Below, one piece after another: positions 36,915-50,347 of a DNA stretch of 64,000 bases. The notes beneath the pieces are model-generated. The model was not told the DNA's origin. It searched no databases and saw only the letters and a program-made list of their open reading frames with translations. The DNA comes from Haliotis rufescens (Eukaryota). The stretch is from the NCBI RefSeq assembly GCF_023055435.1, contig NW_025963957.1, forward strand, positions 6,634,001 through 6,698,000, given 5' to 3'. Made by a program: the position numbers and the translations under genes. Numbering within the stretch: position 1 is the first letter of the stretch; every line of letters begins with the position of its first letter.

Positions 36915-37679
36915 TTACATCTTCTGCTCATCCTCGTAGGACACCTCCACTTCCTGCGACACACCGAACCGGAAGTTGAGCGACCCAGTCACGTCCCAGG
37001 TTACCTTCCTTGTTCCGGTGTCAACAGCGACACCCGGTGTTTGCTTGAATTTGTCATCTTCATCCAAGATGGTGGCCAGGTCACTCTCCATGACCTTTAG
37101 AACTAATCCGCTGCCATCCATGATCCGTACCAGAACCCGCCCCTTCAAGGTGACCTTGGCCTGGAAGGTGAAGTCATACGTCTCCTCTTCAATCCTGAGG
37201 ACGGCGACCGTTGTCTTACCAGGCAGGGCGTTCACCTTGGAGGTGATGGACCAGTTCATAGAGTGCTTCACCGTGTTCTCGTCCTCTGTCTCCACGCTGA
37301 CGCCCGACCCGAAGCTGCCCGTTGCATTGGAGACCTTGTCAGGGACGCTGATCTGTATTCCAACGTTGCCGTCTCTGGTGAAGCCGTTTGACAAAGAGGT
37401 GGTGACCGTGGCCTCGGTCTGTCTCTCCATGATGAATGTATGTTCCTGGGTGGCGGTCGTCCTGTTCTTGTATTTGGATCTGAACAGGACACCAGATGGA
37501 GAATGAGAGCCAGTAGTAAGCGAGGGTTTAGTGCAGAACTTTGGGTCTGTGGTTCTTATACGGAGATACTTGGTTTCAACCTCTAGCCTCACATCACCAT
37601 TTGTAAAATCCCCGTCACTGATGTTGCTCCACTTCTTGGCCCAATCTTCCAGTGGCTTATGGAGGTCGTGAACTGGCAT
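36915..37679 (-). CDS. ETX/MTX2 (aerolysin-fold) beta-pore-forming-like protein 2, 254 aa
   Basis: Clear paralog of 19780-20550 (LFRSKYKNRT..QEHTFIMERQTEA, NTVKHSMNWS, KVTWDVTGSLNFRFGVSQ). The true start is likely MPVHD at 37679, after acceptor ttttgtcag|aac. Confidence 0.8.
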   Translation of the reverse strand: MPVHDLHKPLEDWAKKWSNISDGDFTNGDVRLEVETKYLRIRTTDPKFCTKPSLTTGSHSPSGVLFRSKYKNRTTATQEHTFIMERQTEATVTTSLSNGFTRDGNVGIQISVPDKVSNATGSFGSGVSVETEDENTVKHSMNWSITSKVNALPGKTTVAVLRIEEETYDFTFQAKVTLKGRVLVRIMDGSGLVLKVMESDLATILDEDDKFKQTPGVAVDTGTRKVTWDVTGSLNFRFGVSQEVEVSYEDEQKM

Positions 37680-38020
37680 GTTCTGACAAAACCAATACAT
37701 GTATTAACAATTACCCAAAGTTACTCCATTCTAACTACATCTTAAGTCTAACCATATGAAAGAGACAACCTTTCTGAAAATGTTTGAATCACACAACAAG
37801 CTCTGAAGTTTAAATGCATGTGATAGGCGACGTATTGTGGTCAGACTCGCTGACTTGGTTCATCAATTCCATCGTATCCCAACTGCGTAGATCGATGCTC
37901 ATGATATCAATCATGACTCGATTTATTTACATATGGCTGTACTATTGCAGAGTACGGCGTTAAAAAGAAATATATAAACATACAAAATTGCCACAAATGA
38001 CTTAACAGTTACAGATTATG

Positions 38021-38178
38021 ACTCACGAGTTAGGTGTTCAGGTGTCGGTGTAGAAGTCGACGTAGGAGGGATGTGGTCAACGTGGCAGCCGTCTGAAGAC
38101 TGACGTCTAGTCAATAGTTCAAACATTTTATACTTATAAATTTGGTCAAATATAGAACCAACGTCTGGAAATTGTCCA
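38021..38178 (-). promoter_or_regulatory. Promoter and 5'UTR exon of pore-former 2
   Basis: TATAAAA at 38132-38126, Inr TCAGTC near 38103-38098, donor c|gtgagt at 38026, weak Rel-like GGACAATTTCC near 38177-38167. Confidence 0.55.
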
Positions 38179-38810
38179 AGGAACTGTTGAACTAAAATAA
38201 GTCCACGTCAAGAAGAATAACAAGCTGATTCACGCCGATTCCATGTAGCCACGCCCCCTTTACACACTCTCATAATCTCTCTCCGAACACGTGACTGTAG
38301 ATAGAACTGTGGTGACGGCAATCAGGGTCGATCATTGAATCAGTCATCTGATAGATCGATATCACATGTGAACATTCGAAGCTATACTTGGCTCATCGAA
38401 GCCCCGCCATGTTTACAATGGTTTTGTAGCATATGCGGGAGGAGCCTTCCTGACTGTGGACGGCCAATGTGTCTGTCACAATTATGTCGTCTCAAACAGC
38501 TATAGGTTCCAGTCACGCATGATCTCGCTTTGACAAGCTTTGTAATACTTCTGAAGTTCTCCTGTACGATCTTGTTCTGATCAGAAACTCTGTTCCTCCA
38601 TAATGTATTGCTTCTCTTACACAATTGCATGAAGACTGAATCGGAGTCGCCTCCGGATTGTGGATGTGATGACTTTAACACTGTTTCGTGGCTTGTAAAT
38701 CTATCGAAAATATAAAAAATGTAGACTCAGGTAGATACTGTTGAAGTCAGGCAGCTCTCCTACAAGTAGTCCCGTGTATTGCCCCCGTCTCACCCTCTCA
38801 CCTATTCAAC

Positions 38811-38974
38811 GGGGTGTCGGGTAGCCTAGTGGTTAAAGCGTTCGCTCGTCGCGCCGAAGACCTGGGTTCGATTCCCGACATGGGTACAATGTCTGAATCC
38901 CATTTCTGGTGTCCCAACCGTGGTATTGCTGGAATATTGCTAAAAGCGGCGTAAAACAATATTCACTCACTCAC
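38811..38974 (+). mobile_element. tRNA-derived SINE
   Basis: A/B boxes and ACTC tail. Degenerate relatives lie near 86-205, 30095-30225, 35067-35193 and 41605-41720. Confidence 0.85.
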
Positions 38975-39179
38975 CCATTCCTCCCACATCCTCACCCCTG
39001 CCTGCTCACCATTAGCTGTGGTCAAGTGGATCCTTGGCTGTGCAGGTTTACCCACGTCAGCAACCTCGGATCATATTCCAATCGGTCCGGGAATTTTTCA
39101 GATTATCAGAAATTCCAATGTTAAATGCCCAAATAGTTACATCATAGTGTCAGTTACAGGGGAACCTCATTTCATATGA

Positions 39180-39467
39180 GGGGGCACGGGTGGCCCAGTC
39201 GTCTAAAGCGCCGCGATTCGCTCCGCAGAGTTGCGTCCCTTTGGCACGCCAGAAACCTATGATTGTGGGTTCGAATCACGGTTCACGAGTATGTTTCTAG
39301 GTTTGTCAGCACCATACCCGTGCTCGTGGGTTTCACCGAAGTGGTAAACGTCTGAGACCTGCATCACTTCGGGTTTTCCTCCCACATTAAGCTGACACGC
39401 CGTGATATAACTGGAATACTGTTAAAAGCGGCGTTAAACCCAACTCACTAACTCACTCACTCACTCA
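39180..39467 (+). mobile_element. Longer tRNA-headed SINE with related 3' end
   Basis: tggcccagtcg...ggttcgaatc head, gggttttcctccca core, ggaatactgttaaaagcggcgttaaa end and (ACTC)n tail. Confidence 0.7.
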
Positions 39468-40198
39468 TTGACCCTGTGTATGTTTCGCATATCATAAACT
39501 TGATATGTATAAGTTGTGATATACAGACAATATTAGCCGGGTTTGTATTCGTAACGTAAATATTATCCATTAGGAATAACAACTGCATATATTCAACATA
39601 TATTCTTGATATATGATATTTATAATACGGAAAGACGAGAGTACTAATATTCTGGTCACAGACTGAGAAAATAGTCGATGTTTACGACGTATGACTTCAC
39701 TCAATAATCGCATCTATGACGCTATAAATTATATCATGACACGAACCGTTTGTTTCAATCCCAGAAAGCATCATCATGTTCACTTGGGGTGTGTCCTCTC
39801 TTGACCTCAGACATCAAACTGAGCACGTCATGTGACGTAATGAAGGCAACAGTTGCTGGCTGTGTACGGAGGGCCATGCCCCCTGTGCTTATGTTGTAGA
39901 CAGTTTTCCAGAAAGGTTAATCTTTCATATTTTGATTGTTAGAGATGGTTAGTCTCTTGATACACAGTTATCTTTTAAAAATAACCATATATGAACCACT
40001 GTCGATATCGATATTTAAATTGCACATTAATATTGTTTGTGTTATGAGATACAAAAACAGTTGTATATACTATCATCTGGAGGTTTGTTTGTTTGTTTGT
40101 TGTTTAAAGCCGCACTCAGCAATATTCCACTAATATGACGGCTGTCTCTAAATATTCGAATCTGGACCAGATAATCCAGTGATTGACACCATGAACAT

Positions 40199-40832
40199 CT
40201 GTAACGTCTACGGACCTGGTGCACACAGCACTCCTGCCATGCAACGGCGGCCTGTAACGTCTACGGACCTGGTGCACACAGCACTCCCGCCATGCAACGG
40301 CGGCCTGTAACGTCTACGGACCTGGTGCACACAGCACTCCTGCCATACGACGGCGGCCTGTAACGTCTACGGACCTGGTGCACACAGTACTCCTGTCATG
40401 CAACGGCGGCCTGTAACGTCTACGGACTTGACTCCTGCCATGCAACGGCGCCTGTAACGTCTACGGACCTGGTGCACACAACACTCCTGCCATGCAACGG
40501 CGGCCTGTAACGTCTACGGACCTGGTGCACACAGCACTCCTGCCATACGACGGCGGCCTGTAACGTCTACGGACCTGGTGCACACAGTACTCCTGTCATG
40601 CAACGGCGGCCTGTAACGTCTACGGACTTGACTCCTGCCATGCAACGGCGCCTGTAACGTCTACGGACCTGGAGCACACAGCACTCCAGCCATGCAACGG
40701 CGACCTGTAACGTCTACGGATCTGGTGCACACAACACTCCTGCCATGCAACGGCGGCCTGTAACGTCTACGGACCTGGTGCACACAGCACTCCAGCCATG
40801 CAACGGCGGCCTGTAACGTCTACGGACCTGGT
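40199..40832. repeat. 53-bp minisatellite
   Basis: Unit ctgtaacgtctacggacctggtgcacacagcactcctgccatgcaacggcggc. Confidence 0.92.
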
Positions 40833-42699
40833 GGTTAAGGTCATGGCAAATAATACACATGGCGTCTTTCTTTCTGCTGTCTGTATATATCCAGGACCTA
40901 CGTCACCTTGTGCTTTCCTCCCATATCTCGCCGACACACTGTCGTATGGATGAAATGATGTTCACAGCGGCGATAAACCCAACTCACTCACTCACACAAG
41001 TAATGTGAAGTATCGGATAACCAACCCTTACCAACCACTAACTCGCACTGAATGCATGTATGTATGACGACAAGTCGGTGTGTGAAGATCCGCGTTTCTT
41101 GTGGGACAAAGATGAATAAGTTGTGTTACATGTTCTTGTTACTGTGACGAACCTCACACTGAAACTGAACACGATAAAAATTAAACTATTTTTCACGACT
41201 GTCACAAGTTGTGTCATCACGTGACCCAGTCGTGTTCAAATAACTCACCCGATCATAACGGTGATTCGAATAAATGGCATTGGGGTTGCTGGGATTTTAT
41301 GGAAAAATAATGAATTGTTCCTACAAATTGTTTAGGAAAATAATTATGATTTTGACCTTTGAACAAATTTGAAATTACCTGCCACAAATATTACATTGTT
41401 GCACCATGCATGCTCATAATTTAAGGTAATAAAATTATCTGGTTTGGGCGATATTTAGCCATGGGATGTTATCTAATACGATATGAAAATTAGTGAGTAA
41501 TACTGTATGGAGTCCTGGCAAGTTAAAAAAAGTCTATGTCTAAATGAAGACACGCAGTCACGTTACTGCCTCAATCACGAGAGCTTATTTGATAGTGATT
41601 CAAAGTGAGTGAGTGAACGAGTATTGTTTAACGCCGCTTTTAGCAATGTTCCAGCAATATCACGGCTTCACACATTGTACCCATGTCGGGGAATCGAACC
41701 CGGGTCTTCGGCGCGACGAATGCACACAGTACACTCGAGTCGCATAAGGACTCTACTTTTTTCCAATGAACTTAAGAAATATGTAAGTGCACGTGATAGT
41801 ATCTATATGACCGCGTTCTGAAAATCTTGGAATCTGGACCAGACAATCCAGTGAAAGTATCTCTATGACCACGTTCTAATTAGGTTTTGACCAACTGTTT
41901 TATAAATGTTATTAGTGACTTTGCTGAATCGACGATGTGAAAGAGTAAAAATGTTGAAATCCATATGTCAGTTCTGTCGCTATAATGCGCTGTCATTTAT
42001 TTTATTGCTTTTATTGACGCTGATATTGTTAATGGCGTCTTACAAATAGACACGTAAGCAACTACCTCTCTTTCGACACGTCATTATAGAGACATTAAGT
42101 ATGTGACATCGTGCACAAGGGACAATAGGTGGTACGTCAGGTTCTGAAATATCTAAAATATAACAGCCAATGAGAGAAACACACGACGATATAAGAAATG
42201 CTGACAGTTTGGAGACAGGTAGAACCAATACTGTTGGAAAATCCCCAAGTCTATATTTAGCCACCCGCTCATGCCTGTTCGGCGCGCGCCGGTGTTTGTT
42301 GTAATCGATATATTACGTCTGTTTCAAAGCTGTAAAGAAACATACTGACGTTTATTTGCACAAAGGGAAACCTTTCATATTTTCACCATACTGACTTGAA
42401 TAAAGACGTAAAATTGATCGCGGAAAGAGCGTGTGTCGTCGCGTATTTGACTTTTGTCACGACTGTGAAGGCACTGTGCGCTTGTGCGAGTCTGTCTATG
42501 CTTATGAGCATTTAAAACAATGAGCCTGAATCTTTTTACAAAAGACATCTTGCAACAATGTATTTTTTGTCGCAGGCAATTTCATTTTATTCAACAGTCT
42601 GAAGCATAACTAATTTTTCGAAAATTATCGGGTACACAATTTATTTAATCGATGAAAATTCCCAGCCCCAGACTATCAAATAGTCGGCTCCTGAGGTGA

Positions 42700-44968
42700 G
42701 GAGTCACTATGTACCGGGACATGGAGTCACTATGTACCGGAACACGGAGTCACTATGTACCGGAACATGGAGCCACTATGTACCGGAACATGGAGTCACT
42801 ATGTACCGGAACATGGAGTCACTATATTCCGGAACATGGAGTCACTATGTACCGGAACATGGAGTCACTATGTACCGGAACACGGAGTCACTATGTACCG
42901 GAACATGGAGCCACTATGTACCGGAACACGAAGTCACTATGTACCGGAACATGGAGTCACTATGTACCGGAACATGAAGTCACTATGTACCGGAATATGG
43001 AGTCACTATGTACCGGAACATTGAGTCACTATGTACCGGAACATGGAGTCACTATGTACCGGAACACGGAGTCACTATGTACCGGAACACGGAGTCACTA
43101 TGTACCGGAACATGGAGTCACTATGTACCGGAACACGGAGTCACCATGTACCGGAACACGGAGTCACTATCTACCGGAACACGGAATCACTATGTACCGG
43201 AACACGGAGTCACTATGTACCGGAACATGGAGTCACTATGTACCGGAACATGGAGTCACTATGTACCGGAACAGGGAGTCACTATGTACCAGAACACGGA
43301 GTCACTATGTACCGGGACATGGAGTTACTATGTACCGGAACACGGAGTCACTATGTACCGGAACACGGAGCCACTATGTACCTGAACATGGAGCCACTAT
43401 GTACCGGAACATGGAGTCACTATGTACCGGAACACGGAGTCACTATGTACCGGAACACGGAGTCACTATGTACCGGAACACGGAGTCTCTATGTACCGGA
43501 ACACGGAGTCACTATGTACCGGAACAGGGAGTCACTATGTACCGGAACATGGAGTCACAATGTACCGGAACATGGAGTCACTATGTACCGGAACACGGAG
43601 TCACTACGTACCGGAACACGGAGTCACTATTTACCTAAACATGGAGTCACTATGTACCGGAACATGGAGTCACTATGTACCGGAACATGGAGTCACTATG
43701 TACCGGAACATGGAGTCACTATGTACCGGAACACGGAGTCACTATGTACCGGAACATGGAGTCACTATGTACCGGAACATGGAGTCACTATGTACCGGAA
43801 CATGGAGTCACTATGTACCGTAACATGGAGTCACTATGTACCGGAACATGGAGTCATTATGTACCGGAACACGGAGTCACTATGTACCGGGACTCGGAGT
43901 CACTATGTACCGAACATGGAGTCACTATGTACCGGAACACGGAATCACTATGTACCGGAACATGGAGTCACTATGTACCGGAACACGGAATCACTATGTA
44001 CCGGAACACGGAATCACTATGTACCGGAACATGGAGTCACTATGTACCGGAACACGAAGTCACTATGTACCGGAACATGGAGTCACTATGTACCGGAACG
44101 TGGAGTCACTATGTACCGGAACATGGAGTTACTATGTACCGGAACGTGGAGTCACTATGTACCGGAACGTGGAGTCACTATGTACCGGAACATGGAGTCA
44201 CTATGTACCGGAACATGGAGTCACTATGTACCGGAACATGGAGTCACTATGTACCGTAACATGGAGTCACTATGTACCGGAACATGGAGTCACTATGTAC
44301 CGGAACATGGAGTCATTATGTACCGGAACACGGAGTCACTATGTACCGGGACTCGGAGTCACTATGTACCGAACACGGAGTCACTATGTACCGGAACACG
44401 GAATCACTATGTACCGGAACATGGAGTCACTATGTACCGGAACATGGAGTCACTATGTACCGGAACACGGAATCACTATGTACCGGAACACGGAGTCACT
44501 ATGTACCGGAACATGGAGTCACTATGTACCGGAACACGAAGTCACTATGTACCGGAACATGGAGTCACTATGTACCGGAACGTGGAGTCACTATGTACCG
44601 GAACATGGAGTCACTATGTACCGGAACGTGGAGTCACTATGTACCGGAACGTGGAGTCACTATGTACCGGAACATGGAGTCACTATGTACCGGAACATGG
44701 TGTCATTATGTACCGGATCACGGAGTCACTATGTACTGGAACACGGAGTCACTATGTACCGGAAAACGGAGTCACTATGTACTCGAACATGGAGCCACTA
44801 TGTACCGGAACATGGAGTCACTACGTACCGGAACATGGAGTCACTATGTACCGGAACATGGAGTCACAATGTACCGGAACACGGAGTCACTATGTACCGG
44901 AACACGGAGTCACTATGTACCGGAACATGAAGTCACTATGTACCGGAACACGGAGTCACTATGTACCG
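42700..44968. repeat. 23-bp minisatellite (about 98 units)
   Basis: Unit ggagtcactatgtaccggaaca(t/c). Confidence 0.95.
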
Positions 44969-44973
44969 TATGT

Positions 44974-47900
44974 ACTGTATTCTAACTGTCACGACGGTCT
45001 CCCTACAGCTGTGACTGTCTTGTGTCTGTAGCGACTGTTTCCTGACTGTATTCTAACTGTCACGACGGTCTCCCTACAGCTGTGACTGTCTTGTGTCTGA
45101 AGCGACTGTTTCCTGACTGTATTCTAACTGTCACGACGGTCTCCCTACAGCTGTGACTGTCTTGTGTCTGAAGCGACTGTTTCCTGACTGTATTCTAACT
45201 GTCACGACGGTCTCCCTACAGCTGTGACTGTCTGGTGTCTGAAGCGACTGTTTTCTGACTGTATTCTAACTGTCACGACGGTCTCCCTACAGCTGTGACT
45301 GTCTTGTGTCTGTAGCGACTGTTTCCCTCCTGAAGTATTCTATCTGTCACGACGGTCTCCCTACAGCTGTGACTGTCTTGTGTCTGCAGCGACTGTGTCC
45401 CGACTGTATTCTATCTGTCACGACGATCTCCCTACAGCTGTGACTGTCTTGTGTCTGAAGCGACTGTTTTCTGACTGTATTCTAACTGTCACGACGGTCT
45501 CCCTACAGCTGTGACTGTCTTGTGTCTGTAGCGACTGTTTCCCTCCTGAAGTATTCTAACTGTCACGACGGTCTCCCTACAGCTGTGACTGTCTTGTGTC
45601 TGTAGCGACTGTTTCCCTCCTGAAGTATTCTAACTGTCACGACGGTCTCCCTACAGCTGTGACTGTCTTGTGTCTGTAGCGACTGTTTCCTGACTGTATT
45701 CTAACTGTCACGACGGTCTCCCTACAGCTGTGACTGTCTTGTGTCTGTAGCGACTGTTTCCCTACCGAAGTATTCTAACTGTCACGACGTCTCCCTACAG
45801 CTGTGACTGTCTTGGAGTCTGAAGCGACTGTTTCCCTACTGAAGTATTCTAACTGTCACGACGGTCTCCCTACAGCTGTGACTGTCTGGTGTCTGTAGCG
45901 ACTGTTTCCCTACTGAAGTATTCTAACTGTCACGACGGTCTCCCTACAGCTGTGACTGTCTTGTGTCTGAAGCGACTGTCTCCTGACTGTATTCTAACTG
46001 TCACGACGATCTCCCTACAGCTGTGACTGTCTTGTGTCTGAAGCGACTGTCTCCTGACTGTATTCTAACTGTCACGACGGTCTCCCTACAGCTGTGACTG
46101 TCTTGTGTCTGAAGCGACTGTTTCCTGACTGTATTCTAACTGTCACGACGGTCTCCCTACAGCTGTGACTGTCTGGTGTCTGAAGCGACTGTTTTCTGAC
46201 TGTATTCTAACTGTCACGACGGTCTCCCTACAGCTGTGACTGTCTTGTGTCTGTAGCGACTGTTTCCCTCCTGAAGTATTCTATCTGTCACGACGGTCTC
46301 CCTACAGCTGTGACTGTCTTGTGTCTGCAGCGACTGTGTCCCGACTGTATTCTATCTGTCACGACGATCTCCCTACAGCTGTGACTGTCTTGTGTCTGAA
46401 GCGACTGTTTTCTGACTGTATTCTAACTGTCACGACGGTCTCCCTACAGCTGTGACTGTCTTGTGTCTGTAGCGACTGTTTCCCTCCTGAAGTATTCTAA
46501 CTGTCACGACGGTCTCCCTACAGCTGTGACTGTCTTGTGTCTGTAGCGACTGTTTCCCTCCTGAAGTATTCTAACTGTCACGACGGTCTCCCTACAGCTG
46601 TGACTGTCTTGTGTCTGTAGCGACTGTTTCCTGACTGTATTCTAACTGTCACGACGGTCTCCCTACAGCTGTGACTGTCTTGTGTCTGTAGCGACTGTTT
46701 CCCTACCGAAGTATTCTAACTGTCACGACGTCTCCCTACAGCTGTGACTGTCTTGTGTCTGAAGCGACTGTTTCCCTACTGAAGTATTCTAACTGTCACG
46801 ACGGTCTCCCTACAGCTGTGACTGTCTGGTGTCTGTAGCGACTGTTTCCCTACTGAAGTATTCTAACTGTCACGACGGTCTCCCTACAGCTGTGACTGTC
46901 TTGTGTCTGAAGCGACTGTCTCCTGACTGTATTCTAACTGTCACGACGATCTCCCTACAGCTGTGACTGTCTTGTGTCTGAAGCGACTGTCTCCTGACTG
47001 TATTCTAACTGTCACGACGGTCTCCCTACAGCTGTGACTGTCTTGTGTCTGTAGCGACTGTTTCCCTCCTGAAGTATTCTAACTGTCACGACGGTCTCCC
47101 TACAGCTGTGACTGTCTTGTGTCTGAAGCGACTGTTTCCTGACTGTATTCTAACTGTCACGACGGTCTCCCTACAGCTATGACTGTCTTGTGTCTGCAGC
47201 GACTGTGTCCCGACTGTATTCTAACTGTCACGACGATCTCCCTACAGCTGTGACTGTCTTGTGTCTGAAGCGACTGTTTTCTGACTGTATTCTAACTGTC
47301 ACGACGGTCTCCCTACAGCTGTGACTGTCTTGTGTCTGTAGCGACTGTTTCCCTCCTGAAGTATTCTAACTGTCACGACGGTCTCCCTACAGCTGTGACT
47401 GTCTTGTGTCTGTAGCGACTGTTTCCTGACTGTATTCTATCTGTCACGACGGTCTCCCTACAGCTGTGACTGTCTTGTGTCTGTAGCGACTGTTTCCCTA
47501 CCGAAGTATTCTAACTGTCACGACGTCTCCCTACAGCTGTGACTGTCTTGTGTCTGAAGCGACTGTTTCCCTACTGAAGTATTCTAACTGTCACGACGGT
47601 CTCCCTACAGCTGTGATTGTCTGGTGTCTGTAGCGACTGTTTCCCTACTGAAGTATTCTAACTGTCACGACGGTCTCCCTACAGCTGTGACTGTCTTGTG
47701 TCTGAAGCGACTGTCTCCTGACTGTATTCTAACTGTCACGACGGTCTCCCTGCAGCTATGACTGTCTTGTGTCTGTAGCGACTGTTTTCTGACTGTATTC
47801 TAACTGTCACGACGGTCTCCCTACAGCTGTGACTGTCTTGTGTCTGTAGCGACTGTTTCCTGACTGTATTCTATCTGTCACGACGGTCTCCCTACAGCTG

Positions 47901-49048
47901 TGACTGTCTTGTGTCTGTAGCGACTGTTTCCTGACTGTATTCTATCTGTCACGACGGTCTCCCTACAGCTGTGACTGTCTGGTGTCTGTAGCGACTGTTT
48001 CCCTACTGAAGTATTCTAACTGTCACGACGGTCTCCCTACAGCTGTGACTGTCTTGTGTCTGAAGCGACTGTTTCCTGACTGAAGTATTCTAACTGTCAC
48101 GACGGTCTCCCTACAGCTGTGACTGTCTTGTGTCTGTAGCGACTGTTTTCTGACTGTATTCTAACTGTCACGACGGTCTCCCTACAGCTGTGACTGTCTT
48201 GTGTCTGAAGCGACTGTTTCCTGACTGAAGTATTCTAACTGTCACGACGGTCTCCCTACAGCTGTGACTGTCTTGTGTCTGTAGCGACTGTTTTCTGACT
48301 GTATTCTAACTGTCACGACGGTCTCCCTACAGCTGTGACTGTCTTGTGTCTGAAGCGACTGTCTCCTGACTGTATTCTAACTGTCACGACGGTCTCCCTG
48401 CAGCTGTGACTGTCTTGTGTCTGTAGCGACTGTTTCCTGACTGTATTCTAACTGTCACGACGTCTCCCTACAGCTGTGACTGTCTTGTGTCTGTAGCGAC
48501 TGTTTCCTGACTGTATTCTAACTGTCACGACGGTCTCCCTACAGCTGTGACTGTCTTGTGTCTGTAGCGACTGTTTCCCTACTGAAGTATTCTAACTGTC
48601 ACGACGGTCTCCCTACAGCTGTGACTGTCTTGTGTCTGTAGCGACTGTTTTCTGACTGTATTCTAACTGTCACGACGATCTCCCTACAGCTGTGACTGTC
48701 TTGTGTCTGAAGCGACTGTTTCCTGACTGAAGTATTCTAACTGTCACGACGGTCTCCCTACAGCTGTGACTGTCTTGTGTCTGTAGCGACTGTTTTCTGA
48801 CTGTATTCTAACTGTCACGACGGTCTCCCTACAGCTGTGACTGTCTTGTGTCTGAAGCGACTGTTTTCTGACTGAAGTATTCTAACTGTCACGACGGTCT
48901 CCCTACAGCTGTGACTGTCTTGTGTCTGTAGCGACTGTTTTCTGACTGTATTCTAACTGTCACGACGGTCTCCCTACAGCTGTGACTGTCTTGTGTCTGA
49001 AGCGACTGTTTCCTGACTGAAGTATTCAAACTGTCACGACTGTCTCTT
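44974..49048. repeat. 71-bp minisatellite, copy B
   Basis: Same unit as 6714-9052, mostly the tctaac variant. Confidence 0.95.
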
Positions 49049-49049
49049 A

Positions 49050-49803
49050 ACAGGGACAGTGCTTAATCCGGGGTGACAGTGGTTAATCCGAGATGACAGT
49101 GGTTAATCCGAGGTGACAGTGGTTAATCCGAGGTGACAGTGATTAATCCGAGGTGACATTGGTTAATCCGAGGTGACAATGTTTAAACCGAGGTGGCAGT
49201 GGTTAAACCGAGGTGACAGTGGTTAATCCGAGGTGACAGTGGTTTATCCGAGTTAACAGTGTTTAAACCGAGGTGACAGTGGTTAATCCGGGGTGAGAGC
49301 GGTTAATCCGAGGTGACAGTGGTTAATCCGAGGTTGCAGTGGTTAATCTGGGGTGACAGTCCTTAATCCGGGGTGACAGTGGTTAACCGTCGTGACAGTG
49401 CTCGAACCGAGATGACAGTGCTTGATCCGCGGTGACAGTGCTTTAACCAGAGTGACAGTGCTTAAACCGGAGTGACAGTGCTTAAACCGAAGTAGTAGTG
49501 CTTGAACCGAGGTGACAGTGCTTGAACCGAGGTGACAGTGCTCGAACCGAGGTGACAGTGCTCGAACCGAGGTAGCAGTGCTCGGACCGAGGTGACAGTG
49601 CTTGAACCGAGGTGACAGGGCTTTAACCAGAGTGACAGTGCTTAAACCGGAGTGACAGTGCTTAAACCGAAGTAGTAGTGCTTGAACCGAGGTGACAGTG
49701 CTTGAACCGAGGTGACAGTGCTCGAACCGAGGTGACAGTGCTCGAACCGAGGTAGCAGTGCTCGGACCGAGGTGACAGTGCTTGAACCGAGGTGACAGGG
49801 CTT
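49050..49803. repeat. 20-bp minisatellite, copy B
   Basis: Same unit as 9053-9590. Confidence 0.92.
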
Positions 49804-50126
49804 GTAGGCCGTCACACTGGATGTATAACTCCGCACAGAGAGTAATGGAAGCATGATTTAAGTTATGAATAATGACAGTGGCCAGTGGCTGGGGAAACTT
49901 CTGGGGTCTGGGGACGAAGACGTCTACTATGCACACTGATAACTTGAAGTCACTATGACTGACGCTCAGCATGCAAAATTATGGAGGGTCTCGTTGATTC
50001 TACTTCTCGTTGATTCTACTTCTCGTTGATTCTACTTCTCGTTGATTCTACTTCCGGAATCAACACATTCTCATGGTTTCTCCATGACAGCATTTCTCAG
50101 GATTTGACCTCATTTTCAGTGTGAGA

Positions 50127-50347
50127 ATGAAGCTGGTGTTTCTTCTATGTTTGACCGCTGTCCTGGTCGCCATGGGAACGGATGGATGGGGACGCAGACG
50201 CTGGGGCATACGGGTCCGAGTTCCCCGCTTCCGAGTTCCGCGCTTTCGGACACTGAAACCGTTTATCAAGCCAGTCTTGGGTACCTTGGCTAAAACATAT
50301 TTCGGACCATGTCACACTGGAATAAAGGTTGAATGTGGTCTTTACAG
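50127..50347 (+). CDS. Cationic peptide/EF-hand precursor gene B, coding exon 1
   Basis: Duplicate of gene A exon 1, 42 nt shorter in the RVPRF repeat region. Reads ...WGRRRWGIRVRVPRFRVPRFRTLKPFIKPVLGTLAKTYFGPCHTGIKVECGLY. Donor at 50348. Confidence 0.85.

Noticed and set aside
37680-37700. MYWFCQN N-terminal extension of pore-former 2
   Set aside because: It overlaps the polypyrimidine/AG acceptor, and the paralog starts at the position equivalent to Met 37679.
42696-45031. Overlapping MYRNMESLCTGT ORFs; CRISPR-like regularity
   Set aside because: A 23-bp tandem repeat with no unique spacers and no cas genes, in a eukaryotic context.
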